Source: Deltaproteobacteria bacterium
Lineage (GTDB): Bacteria; Myxococcota_A; UBA9160; SMWR01
Assembly: GCA_032128375.1 (NCBI GenBank)
Contig: JAQBGU010000135.1
Span: forward strand, 7,213 to 71,212
DNA length: 64,000 nt
Direction of reading: 5' to 3'
Positions 43,474 to 53,022 of this stretch are shown here, one piece after another (position 1 is the first letter of the stretch; the number at the start of each line of letters is the position of its first letter). Made by a program: the position numbers and the translations under genes. Below the pieces are notes generated by a model. It had not been told where the DNA came from, made no database searches, and saw only the letters and a list, made by a program, of their open reading frames with translations.

Positions 43474-45561
43474 CTAGACGAGGGTCGCACCGGTAGCCAG
43501 CGAAGACGGCGTTCCGACCGAGGTCAGCCATAACTGGTGAATGGCTCGGGTGGCGCCCACGTGCAGCAACCGCCGGGACGCTGACGTGCCGGGATAGTTC
43601 TGGTCAGTGACGTCGACGAGCACAACGTAGTCGAATTCGAGACCCTTGACCTGCTCAATCTCGGTCACTTCGATCCCCGGGGAGAAGGTGAAATCCTGGT
43701 TCTCCACCAGCCGAACCTGGGGCAGATCGCTGTTGACGAGCCCCTGGTAGTACAGCGCACTCGCTGCTGGCGAGGGCGTCAGAAGGGCGACCGACGCGCT
43801 GGGTTCGCTTCTGCTCAAGTCGCGCAGCGCTTCCGCCAGGAACCCAACGCACGCCCCCCGGTCGCTAAACCGAAACAACTCGACCGGCGGCCCGACCCGC
43901 GTCGTCACGGCCGGCTCTTCGTCCTCTCGCAGGTCTCCAAGGAGTGAAAGCGCGAACTCGAGAATCTGCTGCGTGGATCGGTAGCTGATTCTGAGCGTTT
44001 CGATGGCCGACCCGGGAATTCCCAGGCGTGACAAGAACTCGCTCCACGAGGTGAAACCGCTGTTCTCGATGACGTGCTGCTGGGTGTCTCCGGCGAGCGT
44101 GATCGAGCGGTCGCGATCCAGGCAATCCAACAAAACCTGAACTTCGATCGGCGAAAAGTCCTGAACTTCGTCGATTGCGATGTGCCGGTATCGGATGGGC
44201 CGCTTGCCGCGCAGCATCAGCGGGCCGGTCCGCAGCTGCCATGCCCGCAGCAGCAGCGCGTCGTCTTCGGGGTCGAGTTCGGCCTGGTTGTGCGTGTCGC
44301 CATCGAGGCGCGCAAAGAGTTCTTCATTGCGCCGACGGTTCCAATCTGCGAAACGCCGCAGATCCTCGCTGCTGAACGCGGGGTGTGTTTCTGCAGCGTT
44401 GGCTTCCTCGAGCAGCGCCAGGTTGGTGATCGCGCTCGCCCAATCGTCGATCGCCTGAGTGGAGTTCCTCGCACCCGACACCCGCTCGACTTGTTTGCGC
44501 AACGCCGTATCGAGTAGCGGATGCAGCTTGATACGTTGCACGATGACCGGCGCGTCGCCGCGGGCACCGCGGGGCAGCTGCGGAAAGTGGCGGCGGCGCT
44601 GGTCGATCGCCCATTCCGAGAATGTTGAAATCTGAACATGGCCGAGTCCGAGAGACGGCAACACGTGGCTCACGAAGTTGCGCAATGCCGGGGAGAAAAC
44701 CGCCACTAGCGTCTCGTCGGAATCGATGCACGAGTCCGCGTAAGCAAGGTACGCAATCCGGTGCAACGCGACGGTGGTCTTGCCGGACCCGGCAGTTCCC
44801 CGAATTGCCAGAAAGCCGGCAGACGGTCGGGTAATCAGGCCGAACTGGTCCGGATCGATCAGACCTGTGATCTCGGGCAGCCGCTTGTCGAGCCGCGACT
44901 GAGCGCCCGCTCGATCGGTCCCGAGCCGCGCCGCGACGCCTGCGTCCAGATCGTGTGCGCGAACAGCGCTGGCTTCGCCGCCAGCCAAGCGTGGTCGGTC
45001 GCGCTCGATCCTCCGCCAGCGATCGGGCTGGCTTTCGTCCAACGCGAAGATGCCCTCGGGTGCCTCGACGCGGTGCAGGATTCCGTCGACGATATTCACC
45101 GTTCGGCGCGCGACCACGACACCGCTGCGGACTCGGTCGGCCAGGGTCTCTTCGAAGTCCTCGCCCTGTTGATAGCGGTAATAGATCCGCGAGATCGGCG
45201 CGTTGCGCCAATCGACGACGCGTACACCACCATCGATGCAGGTGGCGCGACCGACGCACAGATCGCGTACCTGGTCTCCCTCGCGCAATCGCAGGTGTGC
45301 GAAGTACGGCGATCGGGGGTCGATCTGGGGGGCACCTCGAGCGGATCTCAGTTGGACGAGCAGCGAACTCTGGCGGTGCCACTGCTGGGTGAGCGCGAGT
45401 GTGTCCTTGGCTTCGGAGCCGTCGATCAGTCGTTCACGAATGTTCTCGAGCTCTTCGATGATCGGCGCTTCGTCGGCGGTCACCGGCTCATCCATTTCGG
45501 CAATTCTGTGGCTGACTTTCTCGAGTAGCTCCAGTTCCTCTGCAACGATCGGATCCGGCAC
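43474..45561 (-). CDS. UvrD/PcrA-superfamily helicase, HelD-like
   Basis: Walker A is IRGTAGSGKTTVALHRIAYL. The N-terminal VVDWRNAPISRIYY resembles HelD-type proteins, and the C-terminus has KGLEFDYVVLVDV. The start is uncertain: GTG 45561 behind GGAGAG, TTG 45585, or the tracked ATG 45816, which would overlap the divergent gene. Confidence 0.8.
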   Translation of the reverse strand: MPDPIVAEELELLEKVSHRIAEMDEPVTADEAPIIEELENIRERLIDGSEAKDTLALTQQWHRQSSLLVQLRSARGAPQIDPRSPYFAHLRLREGDQVRDLCVGRATCIDGGVRVVDWRNAPISRIYYRYQQGEDFEETLADRVRSGVVVARRTVNIVDGILHRVEAPEGIFALDESQPDRWRRIERDRPRLAGGEASAVRAHDLDAGVAARLGTDRAGAQSRLDKRLPEITGLIDPDQFGLITRPSAGFLAIRGTAGSGKTTVALHRIAYLAYADSCIDSDETLVAVFSPALRNFVSHVLPSLGLGHVQISTFSEWAIDQRRRHFPQLPRGARGDAPVIVQRIKLHPLLDTALRKQVERVSGARNSTQAIDDWASAITNLALLEEANAAETHPAFSSEDLRRFADWNRRRNEELFARLDGDTHNQAELDPEDDALLLRAWQLRTGPLMLRGKRPIRYRHIAIDEVQDFSPIEVQVLLDCLDRDRSITLAGDTQQHVIENSGFTSWSEFLSRLGIPGSAIETLRISYRSTQQILEFALSLLGDLREDEEPAVTTRVGPPVELFRFSDRGACVGFLAEALRDLSRSEPSASVALLTPSPAASALYYQGLVNSDLPQVRLVENQDFTFSPGIEVTEIEQVKGLEFDYVVLVDVTDQNYPGTSASRRLLHVGATRAIHQLWLTSVGTPSSLATGATLV

Positions 45562-45652
45562 AGGCTCTCCAACATGACCTGCCAAAATGGCGGCTGGCTC
45601 GCTTGCTGACCACGGGGCCCCACCTGAATCCGCTGATGCGAATCCCCATGCG

Positions 45653-45706
45653 TCTCTCAGTTCTCTCAGTTCTCTCAGTTCATCCAGTTCATCCAGTTCA
45701 TCCAAT
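45653..45706. repeat. 9-bp tandem repeats: TCTCTCAGT x3 then TCATCCA(G/A)T x3
   Basis: Read directly. The array sits in the region shared by the two divergent ORFs. On the minus strand it would read ELDELDELDELRELRELR, and on the plus strand SLSSLSSLSSSSSSSSS. Confidence 0.9.
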
Positions 45707-45775
45707 TCTTCTCTGAGTACATCTCCCGATGCGGAAAGATGCGGAAAAGGGGCACGGATCTTACCATCAGTTGCA

Positions 45776-47581
45776 ATGGGGATGTCAGAGGCGATCGAAA
45801 ACTCAGCGCAGCGCATTTACGAAAGAAGACTGAGGGCGCGCGAACTCGACGCGGAAAGGCGTGGTCGGCGCGCCTCGATCACGTCGAATCTGCGCCTTGT
45901 CGTGTTTTTCTCGGGGGTGCTGATCGCCTGGCTGGTGTTTGGCACGCGCTCAATGGCAGCTGGCTGGCTCGGGCCGCCCGCGGCCACGTTTGCTGTGCTG
46001 CTGGTGGTACACGACCGGCTGCTGACGCGAAAAGATCGAGCGCTGCGTTCAGTGGCGTTCTACCAGCGCGGCCTGGATCGGCTCAACGCCAGTTGGTCGG
46101 GTGGCGGGGAGCCTGGCGAGCGGTTCCGGGATGCGCACCATCCCTATGCCGATGATCTGGATCTGTTCGGTGAAGGATCGCTATTCGAGCTGTTGTGCAC
46201 CGCTCGGACCCGCGCGGGTGAGGAGCGTCTGGCCCAGTGGCTACTGGAGCCTGCGGCTCCCGATGCGATTCGGGCGCGGCAGGAAGCCGTTGCGGAACTA
46301 CGCGGCCGCCTCGACCTGCGCGAGGATCTGGCGCGGTTGGGCGATGAGGTGCGGGCCGGCTTGCACCCCGAGGCGTTGAGCAACTGGGGCAACGCTCGGG
46401 CAACGCTGGACTCGCGAGCGTTGGCCGTTGCCGCAGCCGCCATGGCGGGACTGACCGTTGCCGGACTCCTGGTGTGGATCTTGACGCCGCTCGGTGCGTT
46501 TCCCTTTGGCGTCGCGCTGCTGGTAGGGACGGGATTCACCATGACGGCAAACCGCCGGGTGTCCGCTGTGATCCGCGCGATGCAGGCGCCGGCCCGCGAT
46601 CTTTCGCTGTTTTCGCACCTGCTCGAGCGCTTGGAGAGCGAGTCCTATGCTTGTGCGATGTTGGTCTCGCTGCGCGCAGAACTCGATGAGGACGGCGCTC
46701 CGCCATCCAAGCAGATCGCTCGACTTCGCTTGTTGATCGATCTGATCGATGCCAGCCGAAATCAGCTGTTTATTCCGATTGCATGGATGTTGTTGTGGAA
46801 TCTGCAACTCGCCTGCGCGATCGACCGATGGCGCGTGAAGTGTGGTCCGGCGCTATCGCGCTGGATCGACGCGGTGGGAGAATTCGAGGCGCTCTCGGCA
46901 TTTTCGACCTTTGGCTACGAACACCCGGATTTCCCGTTTCCGGAAATCGTCGAAGACGCAGTGCATTTCGAAGGCACAGCACTGGGACATCCTCTGCTGC
47001 CAGCCGATCGTTGCGTCCGCAACGATCTGAGTCTGATTGCGCCATTGCAGGTCCTGATCGTCAGCGGCTCGAACATGTCCGGAAAGAGTACGCTGATGCG
47101 AACGGTCGGGACCAATACAGCGCTCGCGCTGGCGGGTGCTCCGGTGTGCGCCCAGAGCCTACGCCTGGCACCTGTGTCGATTGGTGCGTCGATTCGGATT
47201 CAAGATTCGCTACAGGAGGGGAGTTCGCGCTTCTACGCCGAGATCTTGCGCTTGCGCCAGATCACAGAACTCGCGCGCGAGCACGGGCCGGCGCTCTTCT
47301 TGCTGGATGAGATTTTGCACGGGACGAACTCACACGATCGCGGCATCGGTGCTGAGGCCGTTGTGCGCAGCCTGGTCAAATCGGGCTCGATTGGCATCGT
47401 CACCACCCATGACCTCGCGCTGACCCAGCTAGCCGATGCGTTGGAGGGGCGCGCTCGGAACGTCCATTTTCAAGATCACTTGGAAGAAGGCGTTATCAAA
47501 TTCGATTACCGGATGCACCCGGGAGTGGTGACCAAGAGCAACGCGCTGGAATTGATGCGAGCGGTTGGGCTCGAAGTCTGA
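45776..47581 (+). CDS. MutS-related ATPase (MutS domain V only) with N-terminal transmembrane segments
   Basis: The start is set at MGMSEAIENSAQRIYERRL (ATG 45776). Hydrophobic helices include LRLVVFFSGVLIAWLVF. The C-terminal ABC-type ATPase has VSGSNMSGKSTLMRTVG ... FLLDEILHGTNSHDR ... TTHDL. Confidence 0.8.
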   Translation: MGMSEAIENSAQRIYERRLRARELDAERRGRRASITSNLRLVVFFSGVLIAWLVFGTRSMAAGWLGPPAATFAVLLVVHDRLLTRKDRALRSVAFYQRGLDRLNASWSGGGEPGERFRDAHHPYADDLDLFGEGSLFELLCTARTRAGEERLAQWLLEPAAPDAIRARQEAVAELRGRLDLREDLARLGDEVRAGLHPEALSNWGNARATLDSRALAVAAAAMAGLTVAGLLVWILTPLGAFPFGVALLVGTGFTMTANRRVSAVIRAMQAPARDLSLFSHLLERLESESYACAMLVSLRAELDEDGAPPSKQIARLRLLIDLIDASRNQLFIPIAWMLLWNLQLACAIDRWRVKCGPALSRWIDAVGEFEALSAFSTFGYEHPDFPFPEIVEDAVHFEGTALGHPLLPADRCVRNDLSLIAPLQVLIVSGSNMSGKSTLMRTVGTNTALALAGAPVCAQSLRLAPVSIGASIRIQDSLQEGSSRFYAEILRLRQITELAREHGPALFLLDEILHGTNSHDRGIGAEAVVRSLVKSGSIGIVTTHDLALTQLADALEGRARNVHFQDHLEEGVIKFDYRMHPGVVTKSNALELMRAVGLEV

Positions 47582-47596
47582 GGAGCGGGCTCGTCG

Positions 47597-47986
47597 TCAG
47601 ATTTCGAGTTCCAGGACCGCGCGCCCGCCGATGCGGCCGGTCAGCGTGGAGAAAAAGTCCAGCAGACGCATCTGCCAGCCGTATTTTGCCCGGAGCGCCG
47701 CGTAGGCACGCTGCTCGGTGGCGCCGTCTTCGATGCGGCGCCCCTTGCCTTCGAACCACTCGCCGCTGACCTGTCCGCCGACGCTGCAGGCCGCGACGCG
47801 AACCCGCTCATCATTGCGCAATCGCTTGACCTTCCAAGCATCGGCTTCGGTGAAGACGTAGAGCCTGCCCCCGTCGGCGGCAAACCAGACCGGTGTTCGA
47901 ACCGCGTCGCCACTGCGACGAAACGTAGCCAGGCTGATGTAGGGCTTGCGATCCAACACGGACAATTCGGTCGGGTTCAGAGCCAT
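47597..47986 (-). CDS. PPOX-class (pyridoxamine 5'-phosphate oxidase-like) flavin/deazaflavin-binding protein
   Basis: YISLATFRRSGDAVRTPVWFAADGGRLYVFTEADAWKVKRLRNDERVRVA is a typical split-barrel PPOX-class sequence. Confidence 0.75.
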   Translation of the reverse strand: MALNPTELSVLDRKPYISLATFRRSGDAVRTPVWFAADGGRLYVFTEADAWKVKRLRNDERVRVAACSVGGQVSGEWFEGKGRRIEDGATEQRAYAALRAKYGWQMRLLDFFSTLTGRIGGRAVLELEI

Positions 47987-48090
47987 TTTTCGATCTCCTG
48001 CGCGCGGACGTCACCGGGTCTGTGCTCGGCGACGCTACAGTGAACGGGTACCTCAGCGAAGGTAACCCTGAACCGCACAGGGAGTCACCC

Positions 48091-49299
48091 GTGCCCAACC
48101 ACCCGACCCGACACGAGATCCAACTACTCGACGGACGCTTTTACGCCGCCGATCCGCATCCATTCTTTGAGTGGATGCGCGACAACGCCCCGGTCTACTG
48201 GGACGATTCCTGGAAGATCTGGGGCGTCACACGACACGCCGACATCATGGCCTGTTCGAAACAGCCAAGGCTGTTTTGTAGTGGGCAGGGTTCGCGTCCG
48301 GATTCACCGCCGATACCGTCGATGATCAATCTCGACGATCCGCTTCACAAACGGCGTCGCAATCTGGTCAACCGCGGCTTCACACCCCGCCAGGTCGACA
48401 TCCAGGAAGACAAGATCCGAGGGATCTGCCGCGAACTGATCGACCGTGCCCTCGAACTGGATACGTTCGATTTCGTCAAGGAAGTCGCCGCACCGCTGCC
48501 GATGATCGTGATCGGCGACATGCTGGGTGTCGCGCCGCAGGATCGCGACAAGCTGCTGCGTTGGTCCGATGACTTGATCCTGGGAACCTCCGCGACCGCG
48601 ACACCGGAGGCCGCAGCCAACGCGGCCAAATCGGCCGGTGAATACATCGGGTATGCGCGCGAGGTGATTTCGGATCGCAGGGCGAGACCCCCTCAGGACG
48701 ATTTGATGAGCGCACTGGTCCACGCGGAAATCGACGGTCAAAGCCTCGATGACGACGCGCTGATTCAGGAATCGCTGCTCATTCTGGTCGGCGGCGACGA
48801 GACGACGCGCCACGTGATCAGCGGCGGGATGGAGCAACTGATCCGCAACCCAGACCAACAGCAAAAACTCGTCGACGATCCCGCAAAGATCCCTGTTGCG
48901 GTCGAGGAAATGCTTCGCTGGGTGACGCCGATCCAGAATATGTCCCGAACCGCCACGCGTGATGTGGAGCTGGGCGGCGAGACGATTCGAAAGGGTGACC
49001 GGCTGCTGCTGCTGTATCCCTCAGGGAACCGCGATGCCGCCGTGTTCGACCACCCATATCGGTTTGACGTCGAGCGCAGCCCGAACGACCACGTGGCATT
49101 TGGCGGTTACGGCGCTCACTTCTGTCTCGGTGCGCCACTCGCTCGCCTCGAGTTGAGAGTGATGTTCGAGGAGCTGGTCGGGCGGGTCTCAGGCCTCCAA
49201 CTCGTCAAGAATGAACCGCTGCCGATCCGCAAGTCGAATTTCATTGCCGGAATCGAGCGGATGGAAGTCCGCGTCGAGACAACCGCCGCTCGTGAATGA
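48091..49299 (+). CDS. cytochrome P450
   Basis: Heme-binding loop FGGYGAHFCLGAPLARLE, an ExxR (EEMLRW) and an I-helix LILVGGDETT. A GTG at 48091 lies 6 nt after AGGGAG; the tracked start is 48022. Confidence 0.92.
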   Translation: MPNHPTRHEIQLLDGRFYAADPHPFFEWMRDNAPVYWDDSWKIWGVTRHADIMACSKQPRLFCSGQGSRPDSPPIPSMINLDDPLHKRRRNLVNRGFTPRQVDIQEDKIRGICRELIDRALELDTFDFVKEVAAPLPMIVIGDMLGVAPQDRDKLLRWSDDLILGTSATATPEAAANAAKSAGEYIGYAREVISDRRARPPQDDLMSALVHAEIDGQSLDDDALIQESLLILVGGDETTRHVISGGMEQLIRNPDQQQKLVDDPAKIPVAVEEMLRWVTPIQNMSRTATRDVELGGETIRKGDRLLLLYPSGNRDAAVFDHPYRFDVERSPNDHVAFGGYGAHFCLGAPLARLELRVMFEELVGRVSGLQLVKNEPLPIRKSNFIAGIERMEVRVETTAARE

Positions 49300-49529
49300 G
49301 CCTCAGCACACGACTCGTGCGCACGTTGAATCGATCGGGCTGATGTTGCGTCCAATGCGCCGTCCATGGGCCAGCCCCACATCCCGAATCGGCGGAGCCT
49401 CCTGATGAATCGGTATGAATCGGTCTCAGTAGCCGCATTGATTGAGCCGATGGGAAAGAGAACCATTGCATCCGCGGAGATTAGACGACCGCGGAACAGC
49501 AGAAGCCACAGCGACGAACAGGAGTATCC

Positions 49530-50018
49530 ATGACCCAATCAAGCATCCCGGCTGCGGGAGCCGACTTTCGAAAAGTTCTCACAATCGCCATCCTGGCTGT
49601 CTCGATGTCCGCATGTGCCCAAGCGGGTCCCAAGACAACTCTGGGCGCGGCCACGGGTGCAGCTGCCGGCGGCCTGATCGGCGCGGCGGCCGGCGGCGGG
49701 GCTGAGGGGATCGTGGCTGGGGTACTGCTGGGCGGGTTGCTCGGTGGTGCGATTGGAAACTCTCTCGACAACCGCGATCGCGAGTACGTGCGACGCAGCA
49801 ACTATCAATCGTGGGAATACGGTCGCAATGGTGAGGCTTCGACCTGGCGCAATCCAGATTCGGGCCACTACGGAAGCGTGACTCCGACGCGCACCTACCA
49901 AGAGCGCGGCGGCAACTACTGCCGAGAGTTCAACCAGACCGTGATCGTCAATGGTCAGCAGCAGGATGCCTACGGTACGGCGTGTCGTCAGCCGGACGGC
50001 TCCTGGATGATCCGATAG
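49530..50018 (+). CDS. outer-membrane lipoprotein, glycine-zipper plus 17-kDa surface-antigen-like domain
   Basis: Lipobox MSAC. The glycine zipper is GAATGAAAGGLIGAAAGGGAEGIVAGVLLGGLLGGAIG. The C-terminus reads GNYCREF ... QDAYGTACRQPDGSW. RBS CAGGAG. Confidence 0.75.
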   Translation: MTQSSIPAAGADFRKVLTIAILAVSMSACAQAGPKTTLGAATGAAAGGLIGAAAGGGAEGIVAGVLLGGLLGGAIGNSLDNRDREYVRRSNYQSWEYGRNGEASTWRNPDSGHYGSVTPTRTYQERGGNYCREFNQTVIVNGQQQDAYGTACRQPDGSWMIR

Positions 50019-50155
50019 AAGTGTGCGCGGCAACGGGCTGATATGGAGCCTGACCCAAGATGGGTCAGGTGAGGTCATGGATCCTATTGTGGGCAAGCGG
50101 CGAACGCGAAACGAGCGGCGGGTTCAGAAGGCAGCGAAAGGCGTCGCGTCCTCGA

Positions 50156-51898
50156 GTGAGTCGCGCCTCGGGTTGCGCTGCTGGGTCGTTCACGCTGGCC
50201 GTGTGTATGTTTGGCTGCTCGCTGTCCGGATGCAGCGAAACGGACCGAAGTCGCTGGAGCGCCCGACTCGGCAACGACGACGACAAAGTAGCCTTCGCAC
50301 AGCAGCTCGCCGATGGCCCCGACCCGGACCCGGTCGAAGCCCTGAGCTGGTTCGTGGAGGCCGCAGACAACGGTCATCGCGGCGCGATCCTGGCATTGGC
50401 GCGTCGATCGCTCGACGGTGACGGACTCGTCAAGGACGAGGCAGCGGCAGCGCGTTGGTACCTTGAAGCGGCCGAGGCGGGTGTCATCGAAGCTCAGTTG
50501 GCGCTCGTTGCGATCTACAGCGACGGGCGCGGAGTCGATAGCGACCGGAAAGAAGCGGGCCGTTGGCTACTGCGCGCTGCCGAAGCCGGCGAAGTCGAGG
50601 CCCAGCTCGAGCTGGCCACTCGCTACCTGGCGGGCGACGGACTGCCCAAGGATGGCACCCGCGCATTCCGATGGTTCGGCGAAGTCGCGAAACAGGGCAT
50701 CGTCGAAGGCGAGTTCCAGATGGGTCTTCAATACGAGCGGGGCTTCGGTGTGTTTCAGGATTTCCAGCAGGCCGCCGCGCTGTATCGCTCTGCTGCCGAG
50801 CAGGGCCACCTTCAAGCGCACAATCACCTTGCGGTGCTCACCGTCGCCGGGCGCGGCGTTCCAAAGGACGAAGCGCTGGCGTTGGAGTGGATCGCTAAAG
50901 CGGCCGAATTGGGTGATGTCCAGGCACAGCGGAATCTGGCCGTCGTCTACGCGAAGGGAATAGGCGTCGACCCCAACCCTGTGGAATCGATGCGATGGCG
51001 TCGCATGGCCGCCGAGGCCGGTAGCGCGGACGAGCAGTCGGCGCTCGCCGAGATGTTCACCTACGGCACATCGGTGCCGGTGGACGCCAGTCAGGCGACT
51101 TACTGGTACACCCGCTCGGCAGAGCAGGGAAACCTGAAGGCTCAACTGGAGGTGGTCAGGCGCTACGCGAAAGGCATCGGAACGGACCCCGATCTCGCGG
51201 CCGTCGCGAAATGGACGCGGCTAGCGGCAGAGCAAGGGCACCTCGAATCGATATTCCAGGTAGGCGTGCATCATTTAGCAGGCGAGGGAGTGCAGCGCGA
51301 CACGAGCGAAGCAGCGAAATGGCTGTTGAAGGCTTCGCGGCGGGAGCACACAGGGGCCCAGGCGAGACTCGGTGCATGCTACGCAGCCGGCGAAGGTGTC
51401 CCGCGGGATGAGAAAGAGGCCGAGCATTGGCTCGGGCTCGCTGCGGAAAAGGGTCACGCACAGGCACAGCTCGACCTCGGCGAATTGCTCGTCGAGGCTA
51501 CCGGAACCCGCGCTGACCCGGTTCGGGGATCCGATTGGATCTTGCGGGCGGCGGAGCAGGGGCTCGCCGAGGGCCAGCGGAAGATCGCCCTGCTGTATGT
51601 GCAGGGTATTGGAGTCCGGAAGCAACGCGGATTGGCTGCCTCTTGGTTTGGCAAGGCTGCCGAGCAGGGCGATGCGGAGGCGCAACTGGCGTTGGGGCAC
51701 GCATTTGCGACCGGGGCAGGCGTAGTGAGGAATCCAGTGGTCGCCCACAAGTGGCTATCACTCAGTGCTGCGGCTGGTGACCCCCACGCCCCCAAATTGC
51801 GCGCAGAGATCGAATCGCAACTCGAACCTCGAGAAATTGACGAAGCGCGGAGCTTGGCGCAGCAATGGCGGGATGAGCATTCCCTCCCGCCCAACTGA
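50156..51898 (+). CDS. Sel1-like (SLR/TPR-family) repeat lipoprotein
   Basis: There are more than 12 Sel1 repeats of the form A..W..kAAEqG...Aq..Lg..Y..G.GV..D. The lipobox SLSGC implies a start upstream of M50. GTG 50156 is proposed, but the start is uncertain. Confidence 0.8.
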   Translation: MSRASGCAAGSFTLAVCMFGCSLSGCSETDRSRWSARLGNDDDKVAFAQQLADGPDPDPVEALSWFVEAADNGHRGAILALARRSLDGDGLVKDEAAAARWYLEAAEAGVIEAQLALVAIYSDGRGVDSDRKEAGRWLLRAAEAGEVEAQLELATRYLAGDGLPKDGTRAFRWFGEVAKQGIVEGEFQMGLQYERGFGVFQDFQQAAALYRSAAEQGHLQAHNHLAVLTVAGRGVPKDEALALEWIAKAAELGDVQAQRNLAVVYAKGIGVDPNPVESMRWRRMAAEAGSADEQSALAEMFTYGTSVPVDASQATYWYTRSAEQGNLKAQLEVVRRYAKGIGTDPDLAAVAKWTRLAAEQGHLESIFQVGVHHLAGEGVQRDTSEAAKWLLKASRREHTGAQARLGACYAAGEGVPRDEKEAEHWLGLAAEKGHAQAQLDLGELLVEATGTRADPVRGSDWILRAAEQGLAEGQRKIALLYVQGIGVRKQRGLAASWFGKAAEQGDAEAQLALGHAFATGAGVVRNPVVAHKWLSLSAAAGDPHAPKLRAEIESQLEPREIDEARSLAQQWRDEHSLPPN

Positions 51899-52056
51899 TG
51901 GGCGACAATTCGCGCCCATCCGGCCCACCCCGGCCAGCACGGTTCGCCCCAATTGCGGCCGTCGTCGGGCCGAATGCTTTGATAGACTCTCGTATCGCCC
52001 GTATCGCCGAAAACCGCTGCCTAAGCATCGATACCTATCCGAACGAGGAGAACACG

Positions 52057-53022
52057 ATGAAGCGCTTCATCCAGCACGAAGAACTCGCGCGCGACAGCCG
52101 ATTCATTCGTCAAACTAACGCCGTTGCGAGCGTACTTTCATCGATGCCCGATGACGTCGACCGCGTCGTCGAGGTCTTCGAACAACTCGATCCGATGATC
52201 GCGCAATCGGTAATCGGGACTGCGGCCGAGGCGCTCTATGATGAGTACGGACCGGCCTTCGGGTTGATCACGCTCAACGAACCGCTCGATCCGAACCACA
52301 CCGCAACACTGGGCGCGCGCATGCGGCTGGTCCTGCGCATGCACGGGATCTTTGCCGGCGAGCTTCAGGCCCTCGAAGGCGCTGGCCGATCGCTGTGGGA
52401 CTTCCCGGACGCTCCGTGGGAGTTCAAGATGAACATGGCGCGCCAGTGTTGGGACGAGGCGCGTCACGTGCAGATCTTCGAGAAGCTGTTGAACCACGTC
52501 GGTGGCGAGATCGGGATGTTCCCAGAGGCCACGTTCCTGTTCGAATGCGCATGTGCGGACGACCCCGCCCAGCGCGTCGCGGGCGTCAATCGCGCACTCG
52601 AAGGGCTCGCCTGTGACGTCTTTCGCGACATGATCAAATACGCGACGCAGACGGATGACGAGTTGATGCGCCAATCGATCGACTACGTGCTTGCGGACGA
52701 GTTGACCCACGTACGGTTCGGCAGCGAATGGGTCAAGGAATTCACGAAGGATGACCCGGAACGCTTCAAAGCTGCACGGAATTTTCAGCGCGAGGTCGAC
52801 AAGCAATTCAGCTTTGGAGGCGCCCGGTCGGCACGCGAGGACGCGGCCATTCCGATTGCCTGGGACGACCGGCTCGAAGCCGGATTCAGCGAGGAAGAAC
52901 TGCAAGAGCTGGCCCAGGTTTCGGGCGGCGGTCCGTCTCGAGAAACTTTGCGCAAGGCGGCCCAAATCCTCGGCGAGCGACACCGCGCCAAGCACAATCG
53001 CACCGCGGAGGTCGCGCAATGA
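52057..53022 (+). CDS. ferritin-like di-iron carboxylate protein (DUF455-like)
   Basis: The ATG at 52057 is 6 nt after GAGGAG. The four-helix ligand pattern is AGELQALEG / CWDEARHVQIF / NRALEGLACD / LADELTHVRFG, i.e. E, ExxH, E, ExxH. Confidence 0.7.
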   Translation: MKRFIQHEELARDSRFIRQTNAVASVLSSMPDDVDRVVEVFEQLDPMIAQSVIGTAAEALYDEYGPAFGLITLNEPLDPNHTATLGARMRLVLRMHGIFAGELQALEGAGRSLWDFPDAPWEFKMNMARQCWDEARHVQIFEKLLNHVGGEIGMFPEATFLFECACADDPAQRVAGVNRALEGLACDVFRDMIKYATQTDDELMRQSIDYVLADELTHVRFGSEWVKEFTKDDPERFKAARNFQREVDKQFSFGGARSAREDAAIPIAWDDRLEAGFSEEELQELAQVSGGGPSRETLRKAAQILGERHRAKHNRTAEVAQ

